64,000 bases of DNA from Treponemataceae bacterium (GCA_963678065.2 CAXXVZ010000005.1:416001-480000), one strand, 5' to 3'; positions 1 through 9,496 are shown, numbered from the stretch's first letter. Notes: generated from the sequence alone by a model not told the origin. Program-made: numbers and translations.

Positions 1-605
1 CCGAGGCGGATTTCCAGGTTCGCCTGCTCGGAAAATGCGTACCCGAGACTGATTCCTCCGACCGCGGGGATGGTAGGCGCCACGTAACTTTCTTCCTCGT
101 AATCCGTGACGCTGTAGGGTTCGATGAAGGGAGCGTTCTCCATGGTGAATCCCGGGCGCGAGTACAGACCGAGGTTGAACTTTCCGGCGACGATCCTCGA
201 TGTGACCGTGATTCCGGACAGGTCGATGTAGCCTTTTCTGCCATCGGTCGTGAGGGAGAGGTCGATGTTCGATATTTCGATGTCGCCGTACAGGGATTTG
301 CCCGAAAGCGATTCTTTACGCGGTTTGATTATCGGGAAGGTCAGCTTGAAGGTAGCGCTGTTGGTGAAGCCGCTGGAGCCGGTCCCGAGATTCACGCCCC
401 AGGCTGCCGTGGTGCTCGCCGAAACCGTGTAGTCGGAAGCCTGTTTCGCGGGTGGAGTCACAGGCTCTTCCGCGAGGACCGGCCAGGCACACACGAAAAG
501 GCATGCCGCGAGAAAACCGCGGCGGACTCCGCTGTGCGGTTCTAGGAAGCGGAATTTCAGGAAGCACGATGCGCTGACCGGGAAGCGCAGGCCGGATGTG
601 TTCAT
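1..605 (-). CDS. Putative Msp/MOSP-like outer membrane protein, N-terminal part (runs off window)
   Basis: Manual translation from ATG 605 gives an open frame to the window edge. It has a signal-peptide-like segment (RRGFLAACLFVCAWPVLA-EE), then SASTTAAWGVNLGTGSSGFTNSATFKLTFP, which resembles treponemal major-sheath-protein N-termini. Not in the ORF track because there is no stop in the window. Confidence 0.6.
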   Translation of the reverse strand, partial: MNTSGLRFPVSASCFLKFRFLEPHSGVRRGFLAACLFVCAWPVLAEEPVTPPAKQASDYTVSASTTAAWGVNLGTGSSGFTNSATFKLTFPIIKPRKESLSGKSLYGDIEISNIDLSLTTDGRKGYIDLSGITVTSRIVAGKFNLGLYSRPGFTMENAPFIEPYSVTDYEEESYVAPTIPAVGGISLGYAFSEQANLEIRL

Positions 606-651
606 CGCCGTTTTCCCATGACAGATGCGCCTGGACCCCGGAAACGCGCTT

Positions 652-1188
652 TCAGAAAGCGATGTCCGCAGATGGGAGGACCTCGGCGCCCCCTGCAGCC
701 AGCGCGGCGTTCCACTCGTCGACAAGGGCAGAGGCCTTGGGCGAAAAACTCGAATGCGCGTCGGCGGCGAGGACTGCGCCGAAGCCTCTCGCCAGGGCGC
801 CGAGGCAGGTCGCCTTGACGCAGCCGTGGGTCACGAGCCCGCAGATGACTACCCTGCCTGCTCCCAGTACACGCAGGCGAGCCTCGAGGTCGGTCTCCTT
901 GAAGGAATCGGGATGACGCTTGAGTATGCCGATATCGCCTGAGTCTGACCGGAAATCGCCGTGGAGCGACCAGCCTTCGGAGCCTTCCTTCAGATAGGAA
1001 TCGTTGCAGTGCTGGATGACAAAGACGGGGCTTCCCGCGGCGCGGGCGCGCGAGGCAAGCAGATTGATGTTCGCCAGCAGGGTTTCGGCCCGGTAAACCG
1101 GTGTCGCTTTGTCGAACTGCCCTTTCTGGACATCGATGACGAGGAGGGCAGTCCTTGCCGTCTCGGTTTTTTCCGGATTGTGCGCCAT
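652..1188 (-). CDS. Isochorismatase/cysteine hydrolase family protein
   Basis: ALLVIDVQ, KRHPDSF and ICGLVTHGCV provide the Asp-Lys-Cys triad; GGAGG RBS. Confidence 0.9.
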   Translation of the reverse strand: MAHNPEKTETARTALLVIDVQKGQFDKATPVYRAETLLANINLLASRARAAGSPVFVIQHCNDSYLKEGSEGWSLHGDFRSDSGDIGILKRHPDSFKETDLEARLRVLGAGRVVICGLVTHGCVKATCLGALARGFGAVLAADAHSSFSPKASALVDEWNAALAAGGAEVLPSADIAF

Positions 1189-1344
1189 TCTTCGACCTCC
1201 TTCGCCTCATGCCGGGCATGATCGCGTGTCGCAGCTGAAACATAGCATACCTGAAAACACCGGGGAAATAGCGCTCTCATGAACGACGCCCAGCCTGCCG
1301 CGCAAAGGCTTTACATCAGGCGGCAGGAGAATACAAAATGTATC

Positions 1345-1887
1345 ATGTATCGGTACGCCGCGTTTCTCAGGGCAGTCAATGTCGGTCGGGGAAGAACCGT
1401 GAAGATGGATGAATTGCGGAAGATGGCCGAAGACCTCGGCTTCGTCGATGTCCGTACCTTTATCCAGAGCGGCAATCTGATCTTCGCCTCTGCCTCGGAA
1501 GACAAAGTCGCCCTCGCACAATCGCTGGCCGGGAAAATCGGGGAGCGATTCGGCTTCGTCCCGGAAATCATCCTCAGAACCAAGGACGAAATGGAGCGGA
1601 TCATGAGCTGCATCCCGCTTCTCCCCGACGGAAGGAGCGACGCTTCCGATCTTTACGTCGTCGTTCTGTCGGGAGAACCTTCGGAGGCCGCAAAGGCGAG
1701 GCTCGCGGAATACTGCGAGCCGGGGGAAAGTTTCGCCCTCGTCGGCGATGTCATCTACGTGCGATACGGGAACGGCGTCGGGCGCTCGAAGTTTTCCAAC
1801 GCCTACATCGAAAAGAGACTGGGACTTTGCGCCACGACGAGAAACCGGGACACGATGACCCGGATACTCGACATGATGAAGGAATGA
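1345..1887 (+). CDS. DUF1697 domain protein
   Basis: YAAFLRAVNVG..KMDELR, VRTFIQSGNLIF and C-terminal TTRN motifs. Confidence 0.88.
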   Translation: MYRYAAFLRAVNVGRGRTVKMDELRKMAEDLGFVDVRTFIQSGNLIFASASEDKVALAQSLAGKIGERFGFVPEIILRTKDEMERIMSCIPLLPDGRSDASDLYVVVLSGEPSEAAKARLAEYCEPGESFALVGDVIYVRYGNGVGRSKFSNAYIEKRLGLCATTRNRDTMTRILDMMKE

Positions 1888-1956
1888 GGTCGACGACCAG
1901 AAAATTGTGTCTCCGGGACACTAAAGGCCGTCGCACCGCAATGCGGAGGTGAACTC

Positions 1957-2934
1957 ATGGATCTTCCCGTACCGGACAGCCCAGCCTGCGGCGAGCCTTG
2001 TGGAAGGCCCGAAGTTGCGTCTGACAGCTCGCCCTTGTGCACGTTCTTCGGCGCGCCTTTCGACGACAAGGTATCCGCCATGATCCGCGAACTCGCAGAC
2101 TGGCCCGGCCCGGTCATCTCGAGCCACAAAAGCGCGCGCCAGTATTTTCACAAGCTCGGATTCCTGGCCGACATCGGCGTCAAGGTCGACGAGCCCGGAA
2201 TGTCGGCCGTGATCGCAAAAGTGCTCGCGCACCGCGACGCGGCGGGAATACCTTCGATATTGATGGCCATCCCCGTCGCTTTCGGCGGCACAGGCAAAGA
2301 AATGCCGGTCTGGATGCTCTGCGACGCGCCGGTAACCCTGCGCGCCCTCGCCATGATGGGGGTCGACGAGAGCGAACTTCTGCCCGCGGTCGATTTCCTC
2401 GCCGCCGCGGTCGGCGGGCGCGGATGGGGCTGCCGCGGCGCGGCGGAACTCGGAACCTGGCGCGGCCCCGGAAAGAAAAGCGACCCCTGCCCCTACGCCA
2501 CTCTCATCATGGTCAGACTTCTCTCGTGCTTCGGAACGCGGTATGCGGCTGAACTCCGCAACGGCGCAGAGACCCTGCTCGGCCTCTGGGAAAACAGCCG
2601 CACAGAACATCCCTACCTGTTTTACATGGGCGATGATTTCCGCAAGCTGAAATTGCCTCTCTTCTGGTACGACATCCTCCACGTCGTCGACGCGGTGAGC
2701 TGCGCCTGCGATGCGGGCCTCCAGGGGATCGCAGATGACCCGCGCTTCCTCGAGATGTGGTCCATCATCGAGAGCAAGAGGACGGCGCCCGGCGGCTTCA
2801 TTCCCGAATCAGTCTACATGGAATTCAAGGGCTGGGATTTCGGGCAGAAGAAGACCGAATCCGCCTGGATGGGGCATTTTGTCGGAAGGATCCGGGAGCG
2901 GATCGCGCGCAACGGGCAAAGGATGCCGGAGTAG
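1957..2934 (+). CDS. Conserved hypothetical protein, possible prenyltransferase/squalene-cyclase-like alpha barrel
   Basis: 325 aa ORF with GGAGGT RBS; motifs GWGC, PCPYATL, FRKLKLPLFWYDILHV and GQKK. Confidence 0.6.
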   Translation: MDLPVPDSPACGEPCGRPEVASDSSPLCTFFGAPFDDKVSAMIRELADWPGPVISSHKSARQYFHKLGFLADIGVKVDEPGMSAVIAKVLAHRDAAGIPSILMAIPVAFGGTGKEMPVWMLCDAPVTLRALAMMGVDESELLPAVDFLAAAVGGRGWGCRGAAELGTWRGPGKKSDPCPYATLIMVRLLSCFGTRYAAELRNGAETLLGLWENSRTEHPYLFYMGDDFRKLKLPLFWYDILHVVDAVSCACDAGLQGIADDPRFLEMWSIIESKRTAPGGFIPESVYMEFKGWDFGQKKTESAWMGHFVGRIRERIARNGQRMPE

Positions 2935-2970
2935 GGGCAGGATCGGATCAGCCGGCGTTTGCGTCGACAT

Positions 2971-3702
2971 TCAGGAAGAAAATCCCCTCTGGCGCATCTG
3001 AAGTTCGCGGAGGACGACGTTCAGGGTGAGCTGTACGTGCTCGCGGGCGATGCGCTCGGCAGCGTCGCCATCGCGGGAGTCCAGGGCGTCAATCAGCCCC
3101 TGGTGCTGTTCGGCGACGGCCCTGTCATCCTCGGCGGAAAAAATCACGGGGACGCTCAAGTCCCAGTAGTTCATCTTGGTCTGCGCGTGCAGGCTGGAGA
3201 GTGTGGGATTGTCGGCGGCCTCCGTGATTATTTTGTGGAAGCGGTCGTTGAGGACGTTGAATTCGTAGCGGGTGAGCCCCTGCGCCGCCATCGTGGAGGC
3301 CACTTCCCTCAGCTCCCTGAGCTGGTCCTCCCTGCGTCGGGCCGAGGCCAGACGGGCGGCGTAGCCCTCCACCGCGAGCCGGCATTCGAGCCGGGAGCGT
3401 ATCTCGGCGGGATTGTACTCCCGCACCACCCAGCCATGGCTGCGCTCGACCAAACCTTCCTGCTCTAGACGCAGCAAGGCTTCGCGGACGGGCGTACGGC
3501 TGACATTGAGCCAGACGGCCAGTTCGTCTTCGACGAGGCGCCTGTTCGGCCTGAGCTCGGCGCTCATGATGGCATCGTGCAGGCGATCGTGGACGGTGTC
3601 GGTGACGACACGGGTGCTCGAGCGCGATTTCCGGCCCCTGGGGAGGGAGCCCAGAGACTCTCCGGAGTTCCGGATCGTGGTCGAATCGTCGCTTTCATTC
3701 AT
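2971..3702 (-). CDS. GntR family regulator (FCD domain)
   Basis: wHTH LVEDELA..VSRTPVREALLRL; FCD motifs NDRFH and HQGLIDAL. Confidence 0.92.
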   Translation of the reverse strand: MNESDDSTTIRNSGESLGSLPRGRKSRSSTRVVTDTVHDRLHDAIMSAELRPNRRLVEDELAVWLNVSRTPVREALLRLEQEGLVERSHGWVVREYNPAEIRSRLECRLAVEGYAARLASARRREDQLRELREVASTMAAQGLTRYEFNVLNDRFHKIITEAADNPTLSSLHAQTKMNYWDLSVPVIFSAEDDRAVAEQHQGLIDALDSRDGDAAERIAREHVQLTLNVVLRELQMRQRGFSS

Positions 3703-3809
3703 GACTTTTCCAGTCTACCACAGATCGACGGGATGCCGCCAGCGCGGGAGTTTGGAGGTTTCAGACTGAATTCTATGGCGGCAGGAACATAAAGTATGGC
3801 GATTTCGGT

Positions 3810-4483
3810 TTACAGGTTGTCGAAAATCGCGAGCGCAAACTCCACACATACATCACGAACATAATTCCAGTCAGTCCATGGCTTGCGGAGATTCTCGTAT
3901 TCTCCCAGATCTGTCTCGTCAAGGTCGAAAGGCATGGGATCGGCGAGTTGAACCTGAAGCTGCACAAGCGCAGATTCGCCGTTCGGCTGTGGATAGATGT
4001 CGTCGAAAGCGTCGAGCGAAGCCAAGAATTTCTCCTTCCCCATATGATCGGCAAGCGCCGCGAAATCCAGATAATCCCTGGTGGCGTTTCGCTTGAGGAT
4101 GAGTACGCCTTTGATGCGTAGAATCTCCGCTTCTGTGGGCACAGTGAGCTTCTGGCCTTCGATTTCCATTACTGCAGTCTCGAGCGGGGTATCCCGGATC
4201 AATTGGCGAACACCTGTCTCGATTCCATCGAGGCTGCCAAGAATCAAGACAGGACGTCTGACACGAGCGGTCTTCCAGCCAGCGACCGATTCAAGATCGG
4301 TAAGGATGTCGTCAAATCGCTCCTTCAGATCGATGAGGACATGATCTGCGTCCCGGGAAAAACGGTGCTCCGCAAAGAGTGCCGAAGCGGTACCCCCTAC
4401 GAGGACAGCACAGGGACAAAGTACTGATTGGGAGCTGCCGACGAAAGCACCAGCTCCCAATCAGGCATCTTTTCGTTCGACAT
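3810..4483 (-). pseudogene. AbiEii/DUF1814-like nucleotidyltransferase (toxin-like), frameshifted near 4410
   Basis: N-terminus (MSNEK)MPDWELVLSSAA is in one frame; AVLVGGTAS..HRFSRDAD..KRNATRDYLD continues in another. A 1-nt insertion restores a single ORF. Confidence 0.7.
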
Positions 4484-4685
4484 AGATTTTCCACAACCGC
4501 TGTCTCTGGGCATGGGAATCCTGGGCGTACGCGTTGCATGCCGCAAGGATTTTAGGCTTGATTTCCTTCGGTCTGGAATCAAGGACATCTTTTAGCTGTG
4601 CCCAATCGGCTCGCTTTCCACGGGCGATGATGTCATCTATGGACGCGATGGTGTAACCGGTATGATTGAGGTGGCGATGCTGCAT
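4461..4685 (-). CDS. Small protein (74 aa), putative antitoxin partner of the nucleotidyltransferase
   Basis: MQHRHLNH..ASIDDIIARGKRADW; stop overlaps the start of the downstream NTase; sigma70-like promoter immediately upstream. Confidence 0.65.
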   Translation of the reverse strand: MQHRHLNHTGYTIASIDDIIARGKRADWAQLKDVLDSRPKEIKPKILAACNAYAQDSHAQRQRLWKIYVERKDA

Positions 4686-4732
4686 GAATATATAATAGTA
4701 GATGAGGCACCGGTCGCGATCAAGTGAGCGAA

Positions 4733-5000
4733 TTGCCTCATCCAAATTCAAACCCGGGAGGGGGCGTTGCCTCATCGAGAAAATCTAACCCGAGACTGAT
4801 CCTGCCGGCCCTAAGGCGGTGGGGGAAGTATGGGGTTAGGAATGAAAGAACGACATCGGCTAACTGACGAGGTAGCCCAGCGCTATCGGGTGGCAAGCCA
4901 GCAGAAAAACAGGTCATTCTCGACGAGTTCATTGCCACGACTGGCTACAACCGGAAATACGCGAGCCACCTGCTGTCGCGTTGGGGAAAGTCGACATACC
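4733..5000 (+). mobile_element. IS remnant: repeated end motif plus truncated, frameshifted N-terminus of an integrase-core (ISNCY/IS481-like) transposase
   Basis: MGLGMKERHRLTDEVAQRYRVASQQK shifts in an A5 run to QVILDEFIATTGYNRKYASHLLSRWGK. Upstream TTGCCTCATC..AACCCG occurs twice (4733-4756, 4767-4792). Confidence 0.7.
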
Positions 5001-5151
5001 TGTTTCTCCGCGCGAGATGCGGTAGCTGGCACAGTCGGGACTCTTACGCTCTCGGGCATTGATTGAAAAGCCTAACTTCGTCCCGCCTGCCTTGTCGATT
5101 TTCTGCATCTGGCCGTATGGGCGGGAAATGCCTCAGGTGCGCCACCCGCGC

Positions 5152-6471
5152 TCAAACCCCGAGAGTCCAGCGTATGACCGGTTCAATGTTGATTACACAA
5201 CCATCGATGTGAAGAACTTCCCGCTCGCCCTCTTCGACGACAAGGAGGGATTCGCCGCCCGCAAGGTAGGGTTCGGCGTGCAGAAACGAAGCCATCTCGC
5301 GGGCTTGATTCTCGTCGGTCAGCCGTTTCGTCACCTGGATTTTCTGCCACTTCCGCTCTGGAAGTTCCGCAAGGAAGTCGAGTCCCTTTCCGTTTTCAAG
5401 GGCGCCGAAATGGAGCTTCTGCCCGCGCCTGCGCAATTCCAGAAACACGGCGTTCTCTACAAGGAATGAACGATTCTCGGTCTCCGACCTGTACAGCGAG
5501 GCTAGACCTGTGTCTATGGCGTAGTATTTTCTCGTCGTGTCGAAGTATCTGCCCTGTTTCCAGTCGAATCGCGAAAGATCGAATACCGCGAATGCCGCCT
5601 TGAGATAGGATACGTACAGGATTACAGTATCGATCTTGACGGTCGTGCCGAAAGCGCACAGGCGCCGCGCGAGGGCCGCATAGGATACGATCTGCCCCGG
5701 AGCGGACACTAGGAAAGCGACAAGCCGTTCAAGCACCGCCACATGCTCGACCTTGAATCGCCGTATGACATCATCGAGGATGACCTTCGCGACGATGCCC
5801 TCCTGATAGGATCGCACGGCCTGCGGATCGGAGACGGAGAAGCGTTCCGGGAGACCTCCGAGAGAGAGATAGTCGTTCCATAGCTTCAGGAATTCCCCGC
5901 GATGCCGGAAATAGTCCCCTTCATCCTGAATCTGTAAACCGCGATACGCCGTCAGCTCTGAAAAACTGAAGGGCAGGAGTTCGAAGGTCATGTGTCTGCC
6001 GGCGAGCTTGCCCGCGAATTCGGAGGACAAAAGTTCGGCATTCGATCCTGTGGCCAGGATATCCCATCCCTCGTCCCTCTCGTGTAGAGACCGGAGAAAG
6101 AGCTCCCAGTCGGGAACATTCTGTATTTCATCCAGAACGAGCAGGCGGGGCCCGGGGTTTGCGACTCGTGCCGTGAATAGTTGAAGTGTTCTGTCAAGAT
6201 CGGCCGGACCGCGGAGCCCGGACAGTCGATAATCCTCGAAGTTGAGAAAGAGAATATTCTCCAGAGGGAAGACGCCCGATCGTTCCAGATCCCTGGCAAC
6301 TTGCATGCAGAGCCATGACTTGCCGCTTCTCCTGAATCCGATGACCACCTTGATGGGGCGTGAAGGGAAGGCAGCGACCAATATGTCGTGCATTCTCCGC
6401 CGCGTGCCGCCTACCCGCATAAGGCGATTCTGGTTTTCGTAGATGATGGCAAGAAGCGATTCATCGGTCAT
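5152..6471 (-). CDS. AAA_14 ATPase with DUF4143 domain
   Basis: Walker A GFRRSGKS, Walker B LDEIQ, ATGS, GGLPE, KYYAIDTG and LVENAVF. Confidence 0.9.
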   Translation of the reverse strand: MTDESLLAIIYENQNRLMRVGGTRRRMHDILVAAFPSRPIKVVIGFRRSGKSWLCMQVARDLERSGVFPLENILFLNFEDYRLSGLRGPADLDRTLQLFTARVANPGPRLLVLDEIQNVPDWELFLRSLHERDEGWDILATGSNAELLSSEFAGKLAGRHMTFELLPFSFSELTAYRGLQIQDEGDYFRHRGEFLKLWNDYLSLGGLPERFSVSDPQAVRSYQEGIVAKVILDDVIRRFKVEHVAVLERLVAFLVSAPGQIVSYAALARRLCAFGTTVKIDTVILYVSYLKAAFAVFDLSRFDWKQGRYFDTTRKYYAIDTGLASLYRSETENRSFLVENAVFLELRRRGQKLHFGALENGKGLDFLAELPERKWQKIQVTKRLTDENQAREMASFLHAEPYLAGGESLLVVEEGEREVLHIDGCVINIEPVIRWTLGV

Positions 6472-6591
6472 GGCATTATCCCTCTTGTGAAGTGATAATA
6501 TTGCATATATTATCACTTCACAAGAGGATATTTTCAGTATCCATGATGAAAATTTCTCCCGCGTTAGCGATCGCAGAGAGTAGACCGGAAG

Positions 6592-6686
6592 CGTGCGAGG
6601 CCCCGGATTGCCGGGGCCTCGCACGGTGAGGACTACTCGCGAAGAGAGCGACCGCATGAACGTGGCGTGGCGACGCCACGTTCATG
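6592..6686. terminator. Two adjacent perfect GC hairpins downstream of the AOR operon
   Basis: 15-bp stem CGTGCGAGGCCCCGG-attg-CCGGGGCCTCGCACG (6592-6625) and 14-bp stem CATGAACGTGGCGT-ggcg-ACGCCACGTTCATG (6655-6686). No clear U-tract. Confidence 0.55.
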
Positions 6687-6716
6687 GGGAAACGCCCATT
6701 CATGTGGTAGAAAGCT

Positions 6717-9047
6717 TTACAGGTTCGCTTTCACGACTTCGAGGACTTCCGGCAGGTCCATGCCGATCCCGGCGAGGTGTTCGGGGGTCGGGATGCCGTC
6801 GGAGGTCCAGCCGCGGCGCTTGTAGACGGCGTCGACGAGGCTCTCGTAGCGGTCCATGCGATAGGCGCGGTGGGCGGCGATCTTCTGGGTCAGGGTCATG
6901 GCTGCGGGATCGAGGCCCATCTTGTCGCGGATCTGGCCGTCGTAGCGCTCGGCGCGGGAGAGGTACTCCTCCTCGGTTACGGGGCCCATGGCGCGGTAGG
7001 GCGGGTAGTCGTCGATGCGCCGTCCGTGGCCCATCCGGAGGTTGAAGACGCGCTGGAAGTTGTAGACGCGCTCGGACTGGCGGATGAGTTCGGGCCAGGC
7101 CAGAGGCTCGCCTGAGATGGCGGTGTAGAGTTCGCGGTAGTTGTCGACGTGCTCGGGAACCTTGTTGGGCTCCTGCCAGCGGGAGTTGTCGCCCGGCTCG
7201 ATGTCGTTCCAGGGGAGTTTGCAAAGGCCCTGGAGGCCGAACCAGGTGCGGAACATGGGGAAGTAGTGCAGAGCCTCGGCCTTGTTCTCGAAGCTGGGGA
7301 TGCGGTTGTTCACCATGTCCATGAAGATGAGCCAGGCTTCGTCGTGCTGGGGGCCCTTGTTGGTGAGGTAGTAGCCGCCCTGCTGTGCCAGGGATTCCTT
7401 GGAGATGTACTGGCTCTGCTCGAGGCCTTTGCCCTGCAGGGCGATGTCTTTCATGAACTGCGGATCGGCGCCGTACTCGCGCGCCATGTATCCGGCGAGG
7501 AAGCGGCAGCCCTTTCCGGCGAGGACGCCGAAGGGCCGGCCGTCGGCCATGGCGTGCAGGAGCTCGCAGGCGCCGCGCCAGTTGCCCCAGGCCAGATCGA
7601 TTCCGCCCGTGCGCTCGAGGTTGAGGATGCCGTTCTCCCAGCACTCCATGAGGAAGCTCGTGATGGTGCCGAAGCTGATGGTGTCGACGCCGTAGGTGTC
7701 GCAGTAGAAGTTGATTTCGAGGATGCCGTGGGGGTCCCATATGGCGAGGTTGGAGCCGCAGCCGGCGGCTGTCTCGTACTCGGGGCCGTCGACGCAGACC
7801 CGCTGACCGGCGTAGGGACCGGTTTCCAGGAGGAATTTGTCCACGGCGTGGGCGCAGGCGAGGGTGCAGCCGTACCAGCAGCCGTCGGGAAGGTTTTGGG
7901 AGAAGAGTTTTTCCCAGACCCAGGAGGCGAGTTCGGGGCCTCTGGGGTCCTGGCCGAACTTGTGGTTCTTGGTGGGCAACAGGTCGTAGTCGTTCATGAC
8001 CTCCATGAGGTGGGCCGTGCCCTGCTTGCGCATCTTGCACTGCCTGTCGTCGAGCTGGACGATCTCGCGGTGGAGTTTGAGGCCGATGCGCTGGACTGCC
8101 GCCGGGTCGGCCGCGGCGTTGGAGTCCTGCTTCACGCCTTCGTAGCGGCAGACGAGGGCCTTGATCTTCTTGTCGCGGAGGACAGAGCCGATGCCGCCGC
8201 GCCCTGCCTGTTTGACGCGGATGCCGGCGCGGCGCTTGTCGTAGAGCGAGAAGTTGAGGACGCCGAGGGGGGTGTTTTCGGCGCCGCGGCCCGCTGAGAC
8301 GCAGGCGATGGAGTGGAGTTGGGCTTCAGTCGGGGCAGCCCGGACTGCGCCCGGGGCCGTGGATGCCGTGGCAGAGCCGCCCCCGCCTGCGGCTGCCGCG
8401 ATCGCGCCTGCGGACAAAGCGCAGTCCGCGAAAACGCGGGTCAGCTTTTCGGCGAGGATGTGGGTGTCGGATTCGAGCCCCTCGGGAGCCGCGTAGACGC
8501 GCACTAGCCGCTCGACGCCATCGATGAAAACGACGGTCTCGCGGTCGGCCTTTCCGGAGACTTCGAGGGCGTCAAAGCCGGAGAATTTGAGGAAGGGACC
8601 GAAGTAGCCGCCGACGTTGGAGTCGATGGGGATGCCGGTCAGCGGCGAGAGACTCGTCACGAGGCTTTTGCCGGAGCCGGGGTAGTTGGTGTTGCCGCAG
8701 ACGGGGCCCATGGCTATGACAATCTCGTTCTCGGGGTCGTTCCACTTCGTGGCAGGTGTGACGGCGTCCCAGAGGAGTTTGAGGCCGAAGCCTTTGCCGC
8801 CGATGAAGCGCTTTTTCATATCCTCCGAGACGGGCTTTTCGGCGAAGGCGGGAGTGGAAGGCGGCGAGCCGAACTTGCCGGAGGGTGTGCTGCCAACGGC
8901 AGCGGACTTGCCACCGGCAGCGACCTCGCCGCCTGTGGCGGCACCGACGTCGATGGCGAGGGTCCGCATGTTGTAGCCGCGGTAGATGGGCTTTTCGTCA
9001 TATTTCCACTCGGCAAGAAGGCTGAAGTCTTTCATGGACAGGCTCAT
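6717..9047 (-). CDS. aor: Aldehyde:ferredoxin oxidoreductase family (W/Mo-bispterin), copy 1
   Basis: FIGGKG, SPLTG..DSNVGG, AGRGGIG..KKIKA, CWYGCTLAC, GPEYET, D-x-x-G-V-D-T-IS, GLCK and GIPT motifs; GGGAGG RBS; ATGA overlap with the Fe-S gene. Confidence 0.92.
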   Translation of the reverse strand: MSLSMKDFSLLAEWKYDEKPIYRGYNMRTLAIDVGAATGGEVAAGGKSAAVGSTPSGKFGSPPSTPAFAEKPVSEDMKKRFIGGKGFGLKLLWDAVTPATKWNDPENEIVIAMGPVCGNTNYPGSGKSLVTSLSPLTGIPIDSNVGGYFGPFLKFSGFDALEVSGKADRETVVFIDGVERLVRVYAAPEGLESDTHILAEKLTRVFADCALSAGAIAAAAGGGGSATASTAPGAVRAAPTEAQLHSIACVSAGRGAENTPLGVLNFSLYDKRRAGIRVKQAGRGGIGSVLRDKKIKALVCRYEGVKQDSNAAADPAAVQRIGLKLHREIVQLDDRQCKMRKQGTAHLMEVMNDYDLLPTKNHKFGQDPRGPELASWVWEKLFSQNLPDGCWYGCTLACAHAVDKFLLETGPYAGQRVCVDGPEYETAAGCGSNLAIWDPHGILEINFYCDTYGVDTISFGTITSFLMECWENGILNLERTGGIDLAWGNWRGACELLHAMADGRPFGVLAGKGCRFLAGYMAREYGADPQFMKDIALQGKGLEQSQYISKESLAQQGGYYLTNKGPQHDEAWLIFMDMVNNRIPSFENKAEALHYFPMFRTWFGLQGLCKLPWNDIEPGDNSRWQEPNKVPEHVDNYRELYTAISGEPLAWPELIRQSERVYNFQRVFNLRMGHGRRIDDYPPYRAMGPVTEEEYLSRAERYDGQIRDKMGLDPAAMTLTQKIAAHRAYRMDRYESLVDAVYKRRGWTSDGIPTPEHLAGIGMDLPEVLEVVKANL

Positions 9048-9496
9048 GCGCGTTCCTCCCTTGTCGGATCGGCCGGCGCCGCGACCTGCGGGGCGGGGGT
9101 GGGTTCCTTTGTCGTCACTTCGAGGGCGGCCTTGGGGCAGGCCCTCGCGCAGGCGCCGCAGGAGATGCATTTGAAGGGCGTCGGATTGCCGGGGTACCAG
9201 CGCATGGCCCCGGTCGGGCAGACGGCCACGCAGGCGAGGCAGCCGACGCAGAGTTTTTTGTCGATGACGACGATGCCGTTTTTATTGACGCTGATGGCTT
9301 TGACAGGACATTCGCGCAGGCAGGCGCGACATTCCTGGTCGCAGGCAACGAGGTGGAAGCTGCCCGATCCGACCTCGTTGACCATGATGGTCGACTTGGC
9401 GGGGTTCTCTTCCTTGAAGTAGAGCTTCGAGCAGACCGAGGTGCAGGTCATGCAGCCGACGCACTTCGCGTCGTCGGTTTTCAGGTATCTGATCAC
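9044..9496 (-). CDS. 4Fe-4S multicluster electron-transfer subunit of the AOR
   Basis: CVGCMTCTSVC, CDQECRAC..CP, CVGCLACVAVCP and CISCGACARACP; AGGAGG RBS. Confidence 0.92.
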   Translation of the reverse strand: MIRYLKTDDAKCVGCMTCTSVCSKLYFKEENPAKSTIMVNEVGSGSFHLVACDQECRACLRECPVKAISVNKNGIVVIDKKLCVGCLACVAVCPTGAMRWYPGNPTPFKCISCGACARACPKAALEVTTKEPTPAPQVAAPADPTREERA

